Shown: in pieces, positions 52,945 through 61,724 of the stretch | Position numbering within the stretch: position 1 is the stretch's first letter | Layout of the letters: each line of letters starts with the position of its first letter | Origin: an uncultured Candidatus Saccharibacteria bacterium | GTDB lineage: Bacteria > Patescibacteriota > Saccharimonadia > Saccharimonadales > JBBQAJ01 | Direction of reading: 5' to 3' | NCBI GenBank assembly: GCA_964597925.1 | Contig: CAZQZT010000001.1 | Location: forward strand, 119,929-183,928 | Length of the DNA: 64,000 nucleotides | Notes under the pieces: model-generated | Seen by the model: the letters and a program-made list of their open reading frames with translations, nothing else | Databases searched by the model: none | What the model was told of the DNA's origin: nothing | Translations under genes and position numbers: made by a program

Positions 52945-54120
52945 ATGATAAATGTACCAAAACAAGAACAAGGTAATTATGGCCCCGAAACTACGGCCGA
53001 TTTTCTTGCTCCTTCCATAACTGCAGGTGAACCGCATAGTACAGAATTAATGCCTGAACACACAGACGAATCTTTAGACGTTGGCGCAACAGCAATTGCT
53101 GGATATTTAGACCCTACCGAGGAAACACCTACGCCTACGCAGCCAAGAAGGCTAAGCGATACCAACCCGTTGAATGGTGATAATAAGAGTAGTAATGAGC
53201 CTAGGCGCCGCTACATCAAAGAGCTTGGCGGGAAGCATTCATTGCTTACAAAAGACGATGAATACAGGCTTGCTAGAGCAATCAAAAGAGGCAATGTAGC
53301 CAAAGCTGAATTAGAACAATCTGATACAGAAATTTCCTTACAAATGCGTCGAGATCTACAGAGGGTTGTAACAAAAGGGGAACAGGCTAAAGAAAATTTT
53401 ATTAATTCAAATCTCAGGTTAGTCGCATCAATAGCAAAAAACTATCAGGCTGATAGTATGACATATCTTGATTTGATTCAGGAAGGAAGCTTAGGGCTTA
53501 TACGGGCAGTAGACAAATTTGATGAAGAAAAAGGGTTTAAATTTAGTACTTATGCGACCTGGTGGATAAAGCAAGCTATCACCCGGGCCATTGCTGACAA
53601 AGAACGTATGATTAGGTTACCAGTACACGTAGTAGTTGACCAAGGGGTAATTATGAAAACCAGCTATCGGTTGGAACAAGAACTATCCCGTAAGCCAACT
53701 ACTGACGAATTAATTGATGAAACAGGGCTTACTAGAGAGCGGGTTGATAACGCACTTGAAGCAAGCTTCGTTGCAATATCAACAGATGCAAAATTAGGTA
53801 ACACGGGTGAAGGGGCGGATTTATATGAATTGCTTGAAGATCCCGATGCGTTGGACGGCAACGAAAATAGACTCACTACTATTGGGAACAAAGATGAAGT
53901 TCAAAAGTATCTAGAGTATCTAAAAGACAGTAAACCCGAACTACGACAAATTCTAAAACTACGTTATGGTGTGGATGATGGAGTATGCAAAACATTTGAC
54001 GAAATTGGACGAGAGATTGGGTTGTCCAAAGAGCAAGTTAGGCAACTTGAAGCAAAGGCCATACTAGCTATTCGTAGGAAAATTAAAGCACCTGGCAACC
54101 AAAGTTTTCGATATGAATAA
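52945..54120 (+). CDS. Second sigma-70-family factor (group 1/2-like)
   Basis: [54 protein letters not shown], and region 4 [24 protein letters not shown]. The start is uncertain (GTG 52927 or ATG 52945; TGcTATAGT at 52915-52923). Confidence 0.85.
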   Translation: MINVPKQEQGNYGPETTADFLAPSITAGEPHSTELMPEHTDESLDVGATAIAGYLDPTEETPTPTQPRRLSDTNPLNGDNKSSNEPRRRYIKELGGKHSLLTKDDEYRLARAIKRGNVAKAELEQSDTEISLQMRRDLQRVVTKGEQAKENFINSNLRLVASIAKNYQADSMTYLDLIQEGSLGLIRAVDKFDEEKGFKFSTYATWWIKQAITRAIADKERMIRLPVHVVVDQGVIMKTSYRLEQELSRKPTTDELIDETGLTRERVDNALEASFVAISTDAKLGNTGEGADLYELLEDPDALDGNENRLTTIGNKDEVQKYLEYLKDSKPELRQILKLRYGVDDGVCKTFDEIGREIGLSKEQVRQLEAKAILAIRRKIKAPGNQSFRYE

Positions 54121-54167
54121 TTACACAAGACTAAAGACATCAACAGATAGCGTATACTGAATATTGG

Positions 54168-56819
54168 ATGACTAAGGAAGTTGTGGCAAAAAGGAAAAAA
54201 CTTGCAATTATTGACGGTAAGTCAGTGTTTTACAGGGGCTATTACGCTATGTCGAATTTGTCTACAAAAGATGGCACACCGACTGGTGGTGTATTTGGAT
54301 TTGCGACCATGGCACTGGAGGTTATCAAGCGCTTACAGCCTGATTACGTGTGTGTAGCGTGGGATAAGCCGAAGACCAATATACGTAAACGGTTGGAATT
54401 GTATCCTGAGTACAAAGCTGGCCGCAAACCTCCGCCCCCAGATTTTTATGAGCAAATACCTATATTACAGGATTTATTAGAAGCTTTTGGTTGGCCGTTA
54501 TACGAACTGGACGATTACGAAGCCGACGACATTATGGGTGCACTTAGTACGCAGGCCGCAAAGCAAGACATAGAAAGTATGCTCATAACCAGTGACTTAG
54601 ATATGCTTCAATTAGTTGACCCGCATATACACGTATACGCACTCAAAAAAGGACTTAGCAACATAGAGCTGTTTCATCCAGAAAGTTTTGAGGCCAAATA
54701 CGGCATTAAAGCCACGCAGTTTTTGGACTTAAAAGCTTTAAAAGGGGACAGTTCAGATAATATACCTGGCGTACCTGGGATAGGCGAAAAGGGTGGAATT
54801 GAACTCATCAAACAGTTTGAAACACTAGATGGTGTTTACGATAATTTGGTACTAATCAAAGACTCGACTCGTAAAAAGCTAGAAGCGGGTAAAGAATTAG
54901 CCTACCTTAGTAAAAAACTCGCCAGTATTTGGACCGATGCACCTATAAAACTAGACCTTAAAGAAGTAGACGGAACAAAAGCAGACCCGGAACGCATACG
55001 CGATATTTTACAGAAGCTAGAGTTCCGCAGTTTAGTGCGTCAGTTACCAGAAGTGATGCAACTGACTGATCAGCACCAAGCACTTAATGTATTCGAGCAC
55101 GATGGATCAGCGAGCCTATTAATTACTAGCGATGCAGAACTTTCTAAGCTGGATTTCAAACAGGCTAAGCATGTGTACATAGATAGTCGCTCGGCCGGCA
55201 AACACGGTAGTGAACCGTTGGTATTGTTGCTAAGTAGCGACAGCAAAATTACATTTGCTATAGATGTTAAAACTGTGAATCGAAATGTACTTAGTGCCAA
55301 GTTATCAGAAATCAGCTCTTTGATTGGCTATGACTTAAAATCAACCCTAAAAGTATTGATTGGACTCGGTATAGAACTACCAAAAGTTGAACACGACGTA
55401 CTAGTCGGAGCGTTTTTAATAAATAGCTTGCGCAGAGAACAGTCACTGCAAACTTTGGCTAACGAAGATATTGGCTATGAGGGATCTATAGACGACTTAA
55501 ATACTGAAGAATACGCCGAATGCGGCGGCGAAATAATTGGCATCATAGCGGCACTACACACACAACAAGTAAAAGATTTGGCAGATATTTCCAAGGTCGC
55601 CAAACTAGCCAAGGACATAGAATTTCCAGTCATATCGGTTTTAGCACGAATGGAATACGAAGGCATTCAGCTAGATACTGGTTATCTAAGAGTGATGGCA
55701 GAACAGTTAAATGATGCCGTTTCTGACCTTGAACAACAAATTTATGGTTATGCCGACCAAGAGTTTAATATAGCTTCGCCTTCTCAATTGGCTGATATAT
55801 TGTTCAACAAACTAAAACTGCCAGCAGCTAATATAAAAAAAGGAAAAACTGGTTATTCAACAGCCGCAAGTGAGCTGGTAAAACTCCGCGAATCCCATCC
55901 AATCATAGATTTCGTAACTCAGTTTAGAGAAGTATCTAAGCTTAAAAATACCTATGTAGACACACTACCTACGCAGATAGATGAAAATTCACGAGTGCAC
56001 ACCACTTTTGCCATGACTGTGGCTCAAACCGGACGGCTGAGTTCAAATGACCCAAACCTGCAAAACATACCAGTAAAAACAGATTTAGGTAGGCAAATAC
56101 GCACTGCTTTTGTGGCCGGCAAAGGCAAAAGATTTGTAAGCGCAGATTACAGCCAGTTTGAGCTTAGAATCGCTGCTCATTTGTCTAAAGATGAGCGACT
56201 GATAGATATGTTTAATCGCGACATCGACATCCACACAGCCACAGCTGCAGAAGTTTATGATCGTAATGAAGCGGATGTTACAAAAAATATGCGGCGCGAG
56301 GCCAAAGTGATAAATTTTGGCATAATGTACGGAGTTGGTGCGCACGGGCTGGTGCAACAAACAAGTATGAATTACGACCAAGCTAAGCATTTCATAGCAA
56401 AATACTTTGAAATCCGTCCAAAGCTTAAAATATACATTGATTCGGTCAAAGAACAGGCTAACAAACAAGGCTATGTTGAGACACTTTTTGGTCGTAGACG
56501 ACCTACGCCAGACGTTCATTCAAGTAATTTTGCTGTTCGTGAAGCGGCATATAGGGCAGCTGTAAACGTGCCATTCCAGGGTACGGCAGCAGATATTATG
56601 AAGATAGCAATGGTAAAAATTCAGGAAAAATTTGACCATAAGTTCAACGGTGTGCCAAAAATGCTCCTACAGATCCATGACTCAGTAATTGTTGAATGCG
56701 ATGAAGCAAACGCAAATGAGATAGCCGAATTACTAAAGGACACTATGGAAGGTGCCTACAAACTACCAGTCAAACTGACCGTAGACACCACCTCCGGCAA
56801 AAACTGGGGCGAACTATAG
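54168..56819 (+). CDS. polA: DNA polymerase I
   Basis: 5' nuclease N-terminus, polymerase motifs RREAKVINFGIMYG and QIHDSVIVEC. The central 3'-5' exo-like region lacks the usual acidic residues. Confidence 0.97.
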   Translation: MTKEVVAKRKKLAIIDGKSVFYRGYYAMSNLSTKDGTPTGGVFGFATMALEVIKRLQPDYVCVAWDKPKTNIRKRLELYPEYKAGRKPPPPDFYEQIPILQDLLEAFGWPLYELDDYEADDIMGALSTQAAKQDIESMLITSDLDMLQLVDPHIHVYALKKGLSNIELFHPESFEAKYGIKATQFLDLKALKGDSSDNIPGVPGIGEKGGIELIKQFETLDGVYDNLVLIKDSTRKKLEAGKELAYLSKKLASIWTDAPIKLDLKEVDGTKADPERIRDILQKLEFRSLVRQLPEVMQLTDQHQALNVFEHDGSASLLITSDAELSKLDFKQAKHVYIDSRSAGKHGSEPLVLLLSSDSKITFAIDVKTVNRNVLSAKLSEISSLIGYDLKSTLKVLIGLGIELPKVEHDVLVGAFLINSLRREQSLQTLANEDIGYEGSIDDLNTEEYAECGGEIIGIIAALHTQQVKDLADISKVAKLAKDIEFPVISVLARMEYEGIQLDTGYLRVMAEQLNDAVSDLEQQIYGYADQEFNIASPSQLADILFNKLKLPAANIKKGKTGYSTAASELVKLRESHPIIDFVTQFREVSKLKNTYVDTLPTQIDENSRVHTTFAMTVAQTGRLSSNDPNLQNIPVKTDLGRQIRTAFVAGKGKRFVSADYSQFELRIAAHLSKDERLIDMFNRDIDIHTATAAEVYDRNEADVTKNMRREAKVINFGIMYGVGAHGLVQQTSMNYDQAKHFIAKYFEIRPKLKIYIDSVKEQANKQGYVETLFGRRRPTPDVHSSNFAVREAAYRAAVNVPFQGTAADIMKIAMVKIQEKFDHKFNGVPKMLLQIHDSVIVECDEANANEIAELLKDTMEGAYKLPVKLTVDTTSGKNWGEL

Positions 56820-56829
56820 ACATGAGTAG

Positions 56830-57114
56830 CGAGTACCTAGCCACGATCATCACTACAAAGCCGAGGATACTCCGATAAGGGAGTTGTACGAAGAAGTGCC
56901 GAATATCCAGAAGATACAAATAGACGAAATTCTGGACGCACACAGAGTGCACAAAGACATAGAGGCTAACAAGAGCCTAGCGTTTGTTTATTATCGTGTC
57001 GATACAGCATTTGCAGGTCAGTCGGAATTAAGCGAAGAGCATCTGGAATGGCGCTGGGCAGACAAGCAAATACGTAAAGAACTTACGCCAGATTTTCAGC
57101 AACATCTGTGGTAA
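56830..57114 (+). pseudogene. Probable N-terminally truncated NUDIX-hydrolase remnant
   Basis: Open frame RVPSHDHHYKAEDTPIRELYEEVPNI...SEEHLEWRWADKQ resembles the second half of a Nudix box (RELxEE) plus the C-terminal EhxexrW pattern. There is no room for the N-terminal third, and only a TTG start (56884). Confidence 0.35.
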
Positions 57115-57200
57115 AGCTAGACAATCGCAGGTTGGCCGCACTGCACCTGATTTAACCACAGTCCGTCGGGGATTTAGGAGAAGTTTCTTGGTTAGAAATT

Positions 57201-57422
57201 ATGGAACCGCGACCAGAAAAAGTCGGCAAATATTTTGTAGGATTGGAGCATATAGAGTTTTATTATCCGGATTTTGATGAAGTGCGAGAAGCACTTGATA
57301 AATACAAAGTTTCATACACACAGCAAAACAACCCAGGGCATGACTGGATAAGCATTGTTCTAGGTGAGGCAGGACAAGAATTTAAACTAAACAGTCGTTT
57401 GCTAAGCGACGTAGTAGAATAA
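57201..57422 (+). CDS. Small hypothetical protein, possibly a single VOC/glyoxalase-like half-domain
   Basis: 73 aa; GLEHIEFYYPDFDEVREALDKYKV. May also be a gene fragment. Confidence 0.35.
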   Translation: MEPRPEKVGKYFVGLEHIEFYYPDFDEVREALDKYKVSYTQQNNPGHDWISIVLGEAGQEFKLNSRLLSDVVE

Positions 57423-57523
57423 GAATTAGAAGAAGGCGTATCCAGCCTAGTTGAGTAAAGTACAGCTAGCCAAAAACATTGTAAACTTTGCACTATTGTG
57501 GTATTGTTTATGAGTAAATTGAG

Positions 57524-58099
57524 GTGTTTGTGAGGTACGGTCTAGGCGTTTTGTTAGTAATATTTCTGGTCATCGTTGGTGCGGTGGTTTTGTTTGATGG
57601 TGACAATTCTAGTTCTAGCAAACAGTCGAGAAACACGCAGATTGTTGATTATGAAAACAAAGATAGGGCCAGTGTGAGCTGGACCCAACAGGGTGTGTTA
57701 GTTGGTGAAGATCAGCGTAGATCTATAAGAGTTATAGTAACCAGAAACAATCGTATGGTTGAAGTCCTAGATGGTTATGAGCAAAGGGTAGAAAAAAGCC
57801 AACAGTACACCAACACCCCAGCTGCTTTTTCTGCATTCGTAAGAGCCCTAGACGATGCTAGTTTTGGTCTGGAGAGAGATGTGAGCGAACCAGATGAACG
57901 GGGTATGTGCCCCACCGGTAATATATTTATATATAGGCTAACGGATGTGGGTACAGAAATTATGCGTACTTGGTCGGGCAACTGTTCTAGGGCGGGCGGA
58001 TCGTTTGGCGGAAGTACTAAAAATGCTTCACTAATTGCCAGATTGTTTAAAGCCCAGATTACCGACTACAGTGATTTTGTTTCTGGCGTCAAGCTATAA
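57524..58099 (+). CDS. Hypothetical N-terminally anchored protein
   Basis: 191-aa ORF with TM GLGVLLVIFLVIVGAVVLF. A GAGGTG SD precedes the GTG start. Confidence 0.65.
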   Translation: MFVRYGLGVLLVIFLVIVGAVVLFDGDNSSSSKQSRNTQIVDYENKDRASVSWTQQGVLVGEDQRRSIRVIVTRNNRMVEVLDGYEQRVEKSQQYTNTPAAFSAFVRALDDASFGLERDVSEPDERGMCPTGNIFIYRLTDVGTEIMRTWSGNCSRAGGSFGGSTKNASLIARLFKAQITDYSDFVSGVKL

Positions 58100-58119
58100 T
58101 GTTCTGCTACAGTTAGCTA

Positions 58120-58692
58120 GTGATAAAGGGAATAATTTTTGATTGTTTTGGGGTATTGGTTGGGAGTGGGTTTAAGGATATATATCGCCAAGCCGGCGGA
58201 GACCTCGCAAAAGACAGTAAGTTTTTAGATGCAGTTTTAGCTACTGCAAATCAAGGACGTATGTCTAGTCGTGATATGCACCAAAAAGTTGCCGACAGAA
58301 TTGGTCTGACCTATAACGCTTGGTACGAAGAAGTCAGAATGGGCGAACTGCCAAACGAAGAACTACTGGCTTATATTAAAGAACTAAAGCTAGGTCATAA
58401 AATTGCAATATTGAGTAATGCAAATGTTGGCACACTTCAGCGTAAATTTAATCCAACTCAGCTGGCACTATTTGATGCCTTAGTAGTTTCTGCAGAAGTA
58501 GGTATGATGAAGCCAAATGCCGAAATTTATAAACTTACAGCAGAACGACTAAATGTTTTGCCAAGTGAATGTGTGTTTACCGATGATAGCGAGGAATACG
58601 TAAAGGCGGCACAAGCTATTGGCATGCAGGCCATTCATTACCGAGACTTAGTGCAATTTAAAAATGATTTAGAAGAAATTTTGTCCCCTTAG
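58120..58692 (+). CDS. HAD-superfamily hydrolase
   Basis: GIIFDCFGVLV, ILSNAN, MMKPNAEIY, VFTDDSEEYVKAAQAIGM. Confidence 0.8.
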   Translation: MIKGIIFDCFGVLVGSGFKDIYRQAGGDLAKDSKFLDAVLATANQGRMSSRDMHQKVADRIGLTYNAWYEEVRMGELPNEELLAYIKELKLGHKIAILSNANVGTLQRKFNPTQLALFDALVVSAEVGMMKPNAEIYKLTAERLNVLPSECVFTDDSEEYVKAAQAIGMQAIHYRDLVQFKNDLEEILSP

Positions 58693-58823
58693 GTCTACAT
58701 TTATATCACACATGATAATAAAAGTACCATGCTTGTGCTTTTTATCATAAAACCCTAGAAAAGTTGACGCAATCGTTTATAATGAATGTCAGTATAAGCA
58801 CTAACAAACAAAGGAACAAAAGT

Positions 58824-59054
58824 ATGGCACTTTTTGAATTAGTAAATAAGTCGGGCGACACTGGTATGTTGGTGGTTGGTGCTGGTGTGGACGCAACATT
58901 TCGTAAACAAGCAGATGAAGCAGACCGTCCAGACGAACGACTTCTTGATACATCTGCCAGAGAAGCATTAGATCCTAGTTTAATCCATGTCGCGGCCATA
59001 GGAGCTTGTGGTCAGATCGCAGTGAGAGAAGTACGAAAACACGAATCAGCCTAG
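58824..59054 (+). CDS. Small hypothetical protein
   Basis: Met21 of track ORF 58764..59054. Preferred over the opposite-strand ORF on composition; weak support. Confidence 0.4.
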   Translation: MALFELVNKSGDTGMLVVGAGVDATFRKQADEADRPDERLLDTSAREALDPSLIHVAAIGACGQIAVREVRKHESA

Positions 59055-59293
59055 CTGACTATTCGTAGTACGAGTCGCTTGTCTGTTTGGCAGAGTGTTT
59101 GCAGTTCGTGCAAACGAACCCGCACTGTGCCAGCCAAAGAAGCACCCTTGAGCGCTATAACTATTTGATTATTATTGGTAGTAATTTTGCAGTCTGCCTG
59201 GTAGTTTTCGTGCAAAAATGTGCGTATCACTAATATTTCTGCCGGTTCTCTCAGATTTTTCTGCGCCAGTAGGTCACCTAACGATTCACTCAT
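59051..59293 (-). CDS. Small protein, possibly DUF721/DciA-like
   Basis: MSESLGDLLAQKNLREPAEILVIRTFL...IVIALKGASLAGTVRVRLHELQTL. Start at Met24, supported by TACAAT 6 nt upstream. Confidence 0.55.
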   Translation of the reverse strand: MSESLGDLLAQKNLREPAEILVIRTFLHENYQADCKITTNNNQIVIALKGASLAGTVRVRLHELQTLCQTDKRLVLRIVS

Positions 59294-59299
59294 GTATGT

Positions 59300-59309
59300 A
59301 TTGTACAAT
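59300..59309. promoter_or_regulatory. Palindromic shared -10 (ATTGTACAAT) for the divergent 59293 gene and mutM
   Basis: The gap is 25 bp. Minus-strand TACAAT (59305..59300) is 6 nt from ATG 59293. Plus-strand TACAAT (59304-59309) is 9 nt from the mutM ATG at 59319. Confidence 0.5.
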
Positions 59310-59318
59310 GGATGGACT

Positions 59319-60188
59319 ATGCCAGAGTTACCAGAAGTCGAAACCGTAGTTCGTGGACTCAATCAATTCATAGTTGGCAAGACAATCAGTGCCATAGATT
59401 TTGATTGGCCCAAATCATTTCCAAATGCAAAAAGCGATGTAGATGCTTTTTTGATTCACTCCAGCATTGTTACGGTAAGGCGCCGTGCAAAAGTTTTACT
59501 CATTGACCTTTCTACCGAACACACGCTGGTCATTCACCTCAAAATGACAGGTCAATTGGTATATCGCGGGGCAAGCGAAGCATTTGGAGCGGGGCATCCA
59601 AACGACTCGTTAATCGGTGATTTACCAGATAAGTCTACGCGTCTAACAGTAGTGTTTACTGACGGGTCTAAGTTGTACTTCAACGATCAACGCAAGTTTG
59701 GCTGGGTAAAGTTGTATCCAACAGTTGAAGTTCCAAACATAGACTTTTTCAAACGAGTTGGACCAGAGCCTTTGGCTGTAGATTTTACTCAATCATCGTT
59801 TCGTCAGCGGCTTTCGCGACGTCCGAATACAAATATTAAGGCTGTGTTGTTAGACCAGACGGTCATAGCAGGAGTGGGCAACATATATGCGGACGAAAGC
59901 CTATGGGGTGCAAAGATTCACCCAACCACGCTAGTAAAGTCTATGTCCAAAGCTAAAACAGACAAACTTTTTAACGAACTACGGTTCGTATTAAATCTAG
60001 CTATAGAAAAAGGTGGCTCTACAGATAGAAACTATGTTAATGCCGAAGGCAAGCGTGGAAGCTATATGGACTTTGCCAGAGTGTTTCGCAGAGAAAACCT
60101 GCCGTGCCCCCGTTGCGGCACTTCAATAGTAAAAACCAGAGTAGCCGGCCGTGGGACTCACACTTGCCCCAAGTGCCAAAAACCCTGA
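59319..60188 (+). CDS. mutM: Formamidopyrimidine-DNA glycosylase
   Basis: MPELPEVETVVRGL N-terminus, an H2TH region, and a C-terminal zinc finger CPRCGTSIVKTRVAGRGTHTCPKCQ. Confidence 0.93.
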   Translation: MPELPEVETVVRGLNQFIVGKTISAIDFDWPKSFPNAKSDVDAFLIHSSIVTVRRRAKVLLIDLSTEHTLVIHLKMTGQLVYRGASEAFGAGHPNDSLIGDLPDKSTRLTVVFTDGSKLYFNDQRKFGWVKLYPTVEVPNIDFFKRVGPEPLAVDFTQSSFRQRLSRRPNTNIKAVLLDQTVIAGVGNIYADESLWGAKIHPTTLVKSMSKAKTDKLFNELRFVLNLAIEKGGSTDRNYVNAEGKRGSYMDFARVFRRENLPCPRCGTSIVKTRVAGRGTHTCPKCQKP

Positions 60189-60201
60189 TAATCACTACTG
60201 G

Positions 60202-61101
60202 ATGATAACTACGCTATCGGGAAGTAATGGTTTTTTGCTGAAGGCTGAGCTTCGGCGGGTTGTTGGTGGGTTTGTGGCAGAGCATACCGACATGGGATTG
60301 GATAGGATAGACGGTGAAGAGGCAGAATATGACCGGATTCGGGAGAGTTTGGAAAGTTTGCCGTTTCTAGCAAGCCGTAAACTAGTGGTTTTGCGGGCGC
60401 CGGGCGCAAACAAACAGTTTGTAGAAAACGTAGAGCAACTTTTGGGTAATTTGCCAGAAACAACAGATGTTATTATCCACGAACCAAAACTAGACAAACG
60501 CTCCAGTTACTATAAATACCTGAAAAAACATACGGAATATAAAGAGTTCAATGAGCTAGATGAATACGGACTAGCCAAATGGATTACTGACCAGGCAGAT
60601 GTAAGCCAAGCCGATGCTAAATACCTGATGGAACGAGTCGGCGCAAACCAGCAACTGCTTAGTAACGAAGTAGCAAAGTTAGTAGCCTACAGTACCAAAA
60701 TTACCCGGCAAACTATTGACTTACTGACAGAGCCAAACCCGCAAAGCACCATCTTCCAACTGCTAGATTCAGCATTTTCTGGCAATCATAGACAAACGCT
60801 AAAGCTGTACGGCGAACAGCGTGCCAGCAAGGTAGAACCACAGCAAATTATAGCCATGTTGGGGTGGCAACTGCACATACTCTCGGTTATAAAAACGGCT
60901 GGCGAAAGGAGTGATGCGCAAATCGCTAGTGGGGCAAAGATAAATCCATATGTAGTTGGCAAAAGTCGAGGGATTACGCGCGGTTTGACATTGCAGAGGC
61001 TAAAAGAGCTGGTTAACAATCTCATGAAGTTAGATTTGCAAACTAAAACCACCGCAATAGATGCTGACGATGGCGTTCAGGCATATTTACTAACTATTTA
61101 G
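60202..61101 (+). CDS. holA: DNA polymerase III delta subunit
   Basis: LSGSNGFLLKAELRRVV...ESLPFLASRKLVVLR...; start chosen at Met18 of the track ORF. Confidence 0.8.
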   Translation: MITTLSGSNGFLLKAELRRVVGGFVAEHTDMGLDRIDGEEAEYDRIRESLESLPFLASRKLVVLRAPGANKQFVENVEQLLGNLPETTDVIIHEPKLDKRSSYYKYLKKHTEYKEFNELDEYGLAKWITDQADVSQADAKYLMERVGANQQLLSNEVAKLVAYSTKITRQTIDLLTEPNPQSTIFQLLDSAFSGNHRQTLKLYGEQRASKVEPQQIIAMLGWQLHILSVIKTAGERSDAQIASGAKINPYVVGKSRGITRGLTLQRLKELVNNLMKLDLQTKTTAIDADDGVQAYLLTI

Positions 61102-61102
61102 A

Positions 61103-61456
61103 TTATTTCTTCTTTGCTGGTGCTTTTTTGGCGACTGCTTTCTTAGGTGTAGCTTTTTTGGCTATTGGCTTTTTGGCAACGGCTTTTTTGGTTTTGGCTA
61201 TTCCAGCGGTTTTTACTCCCGATTTTTTGGCAGCAGCAGCGAGTTGTCTCTTTTTGCGGGCTACTTTGTTCTTGTGTAGTAAACCCTTTTTTCCAGCTTT
61301 GTCTAAGGCGCTTTGGGCTTCGGCATGTGTTTTGCCAGTGATAGACGTCTGAAAAGACTTAATGGCAATCCTGAGTGAGCGCTTGGTTTTAGCATTACGT
61401 ACGGTTGCTTTACGAGCTACACGAACGCGCTTTTTAGCTGATTTGATAATGGGCAT
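61103..61456 (-). CDS. rpsT: Ribosomal protein bS20 with a Lys/Ala-rich C-terminal extension
   Basis: MPIIKSAKKRVRVARKATVRNAKTKRSLRIAIKSF..., followed by KKAVAKKPIAKKATPKKAVAKKAPAKKK. GAGGAA SD. Confidence 0.93.
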   Translation of the reverse strand: MPIIKSAKKRVRVARKATVRNAKTKRSLRIAIKSFQTSITGKTHAEAQSALDKAGKKGLLHKNKVARKKRQLAAAAKKSGVKTAGIAKTKKAVAKKPIAKKATPKKAVAKKAPAKKK

Positions 61457-61724
61457 GGATTAATTCCTCTTTACGCTTATATTGTCTTAGATGCACAACT
61501 ATACAGAGGTGAGGGGGAATTGTCAAAAGACAATTGAATTGATATAAGTATCTTAATTTCTAGTTATTATAAATAAATACCAACATAAAAGTCGACCAAA
61601 CACATAGCCGTAACAGTTTGGATGCATGAGATTTTGGATTTATTTAGGTTAATTAAGTCAATTAGAAGTTAGTACAATTCACTAGAGTACTTTCTACTTG
61701 TAAGACACAAGCACTTATGGTAAA

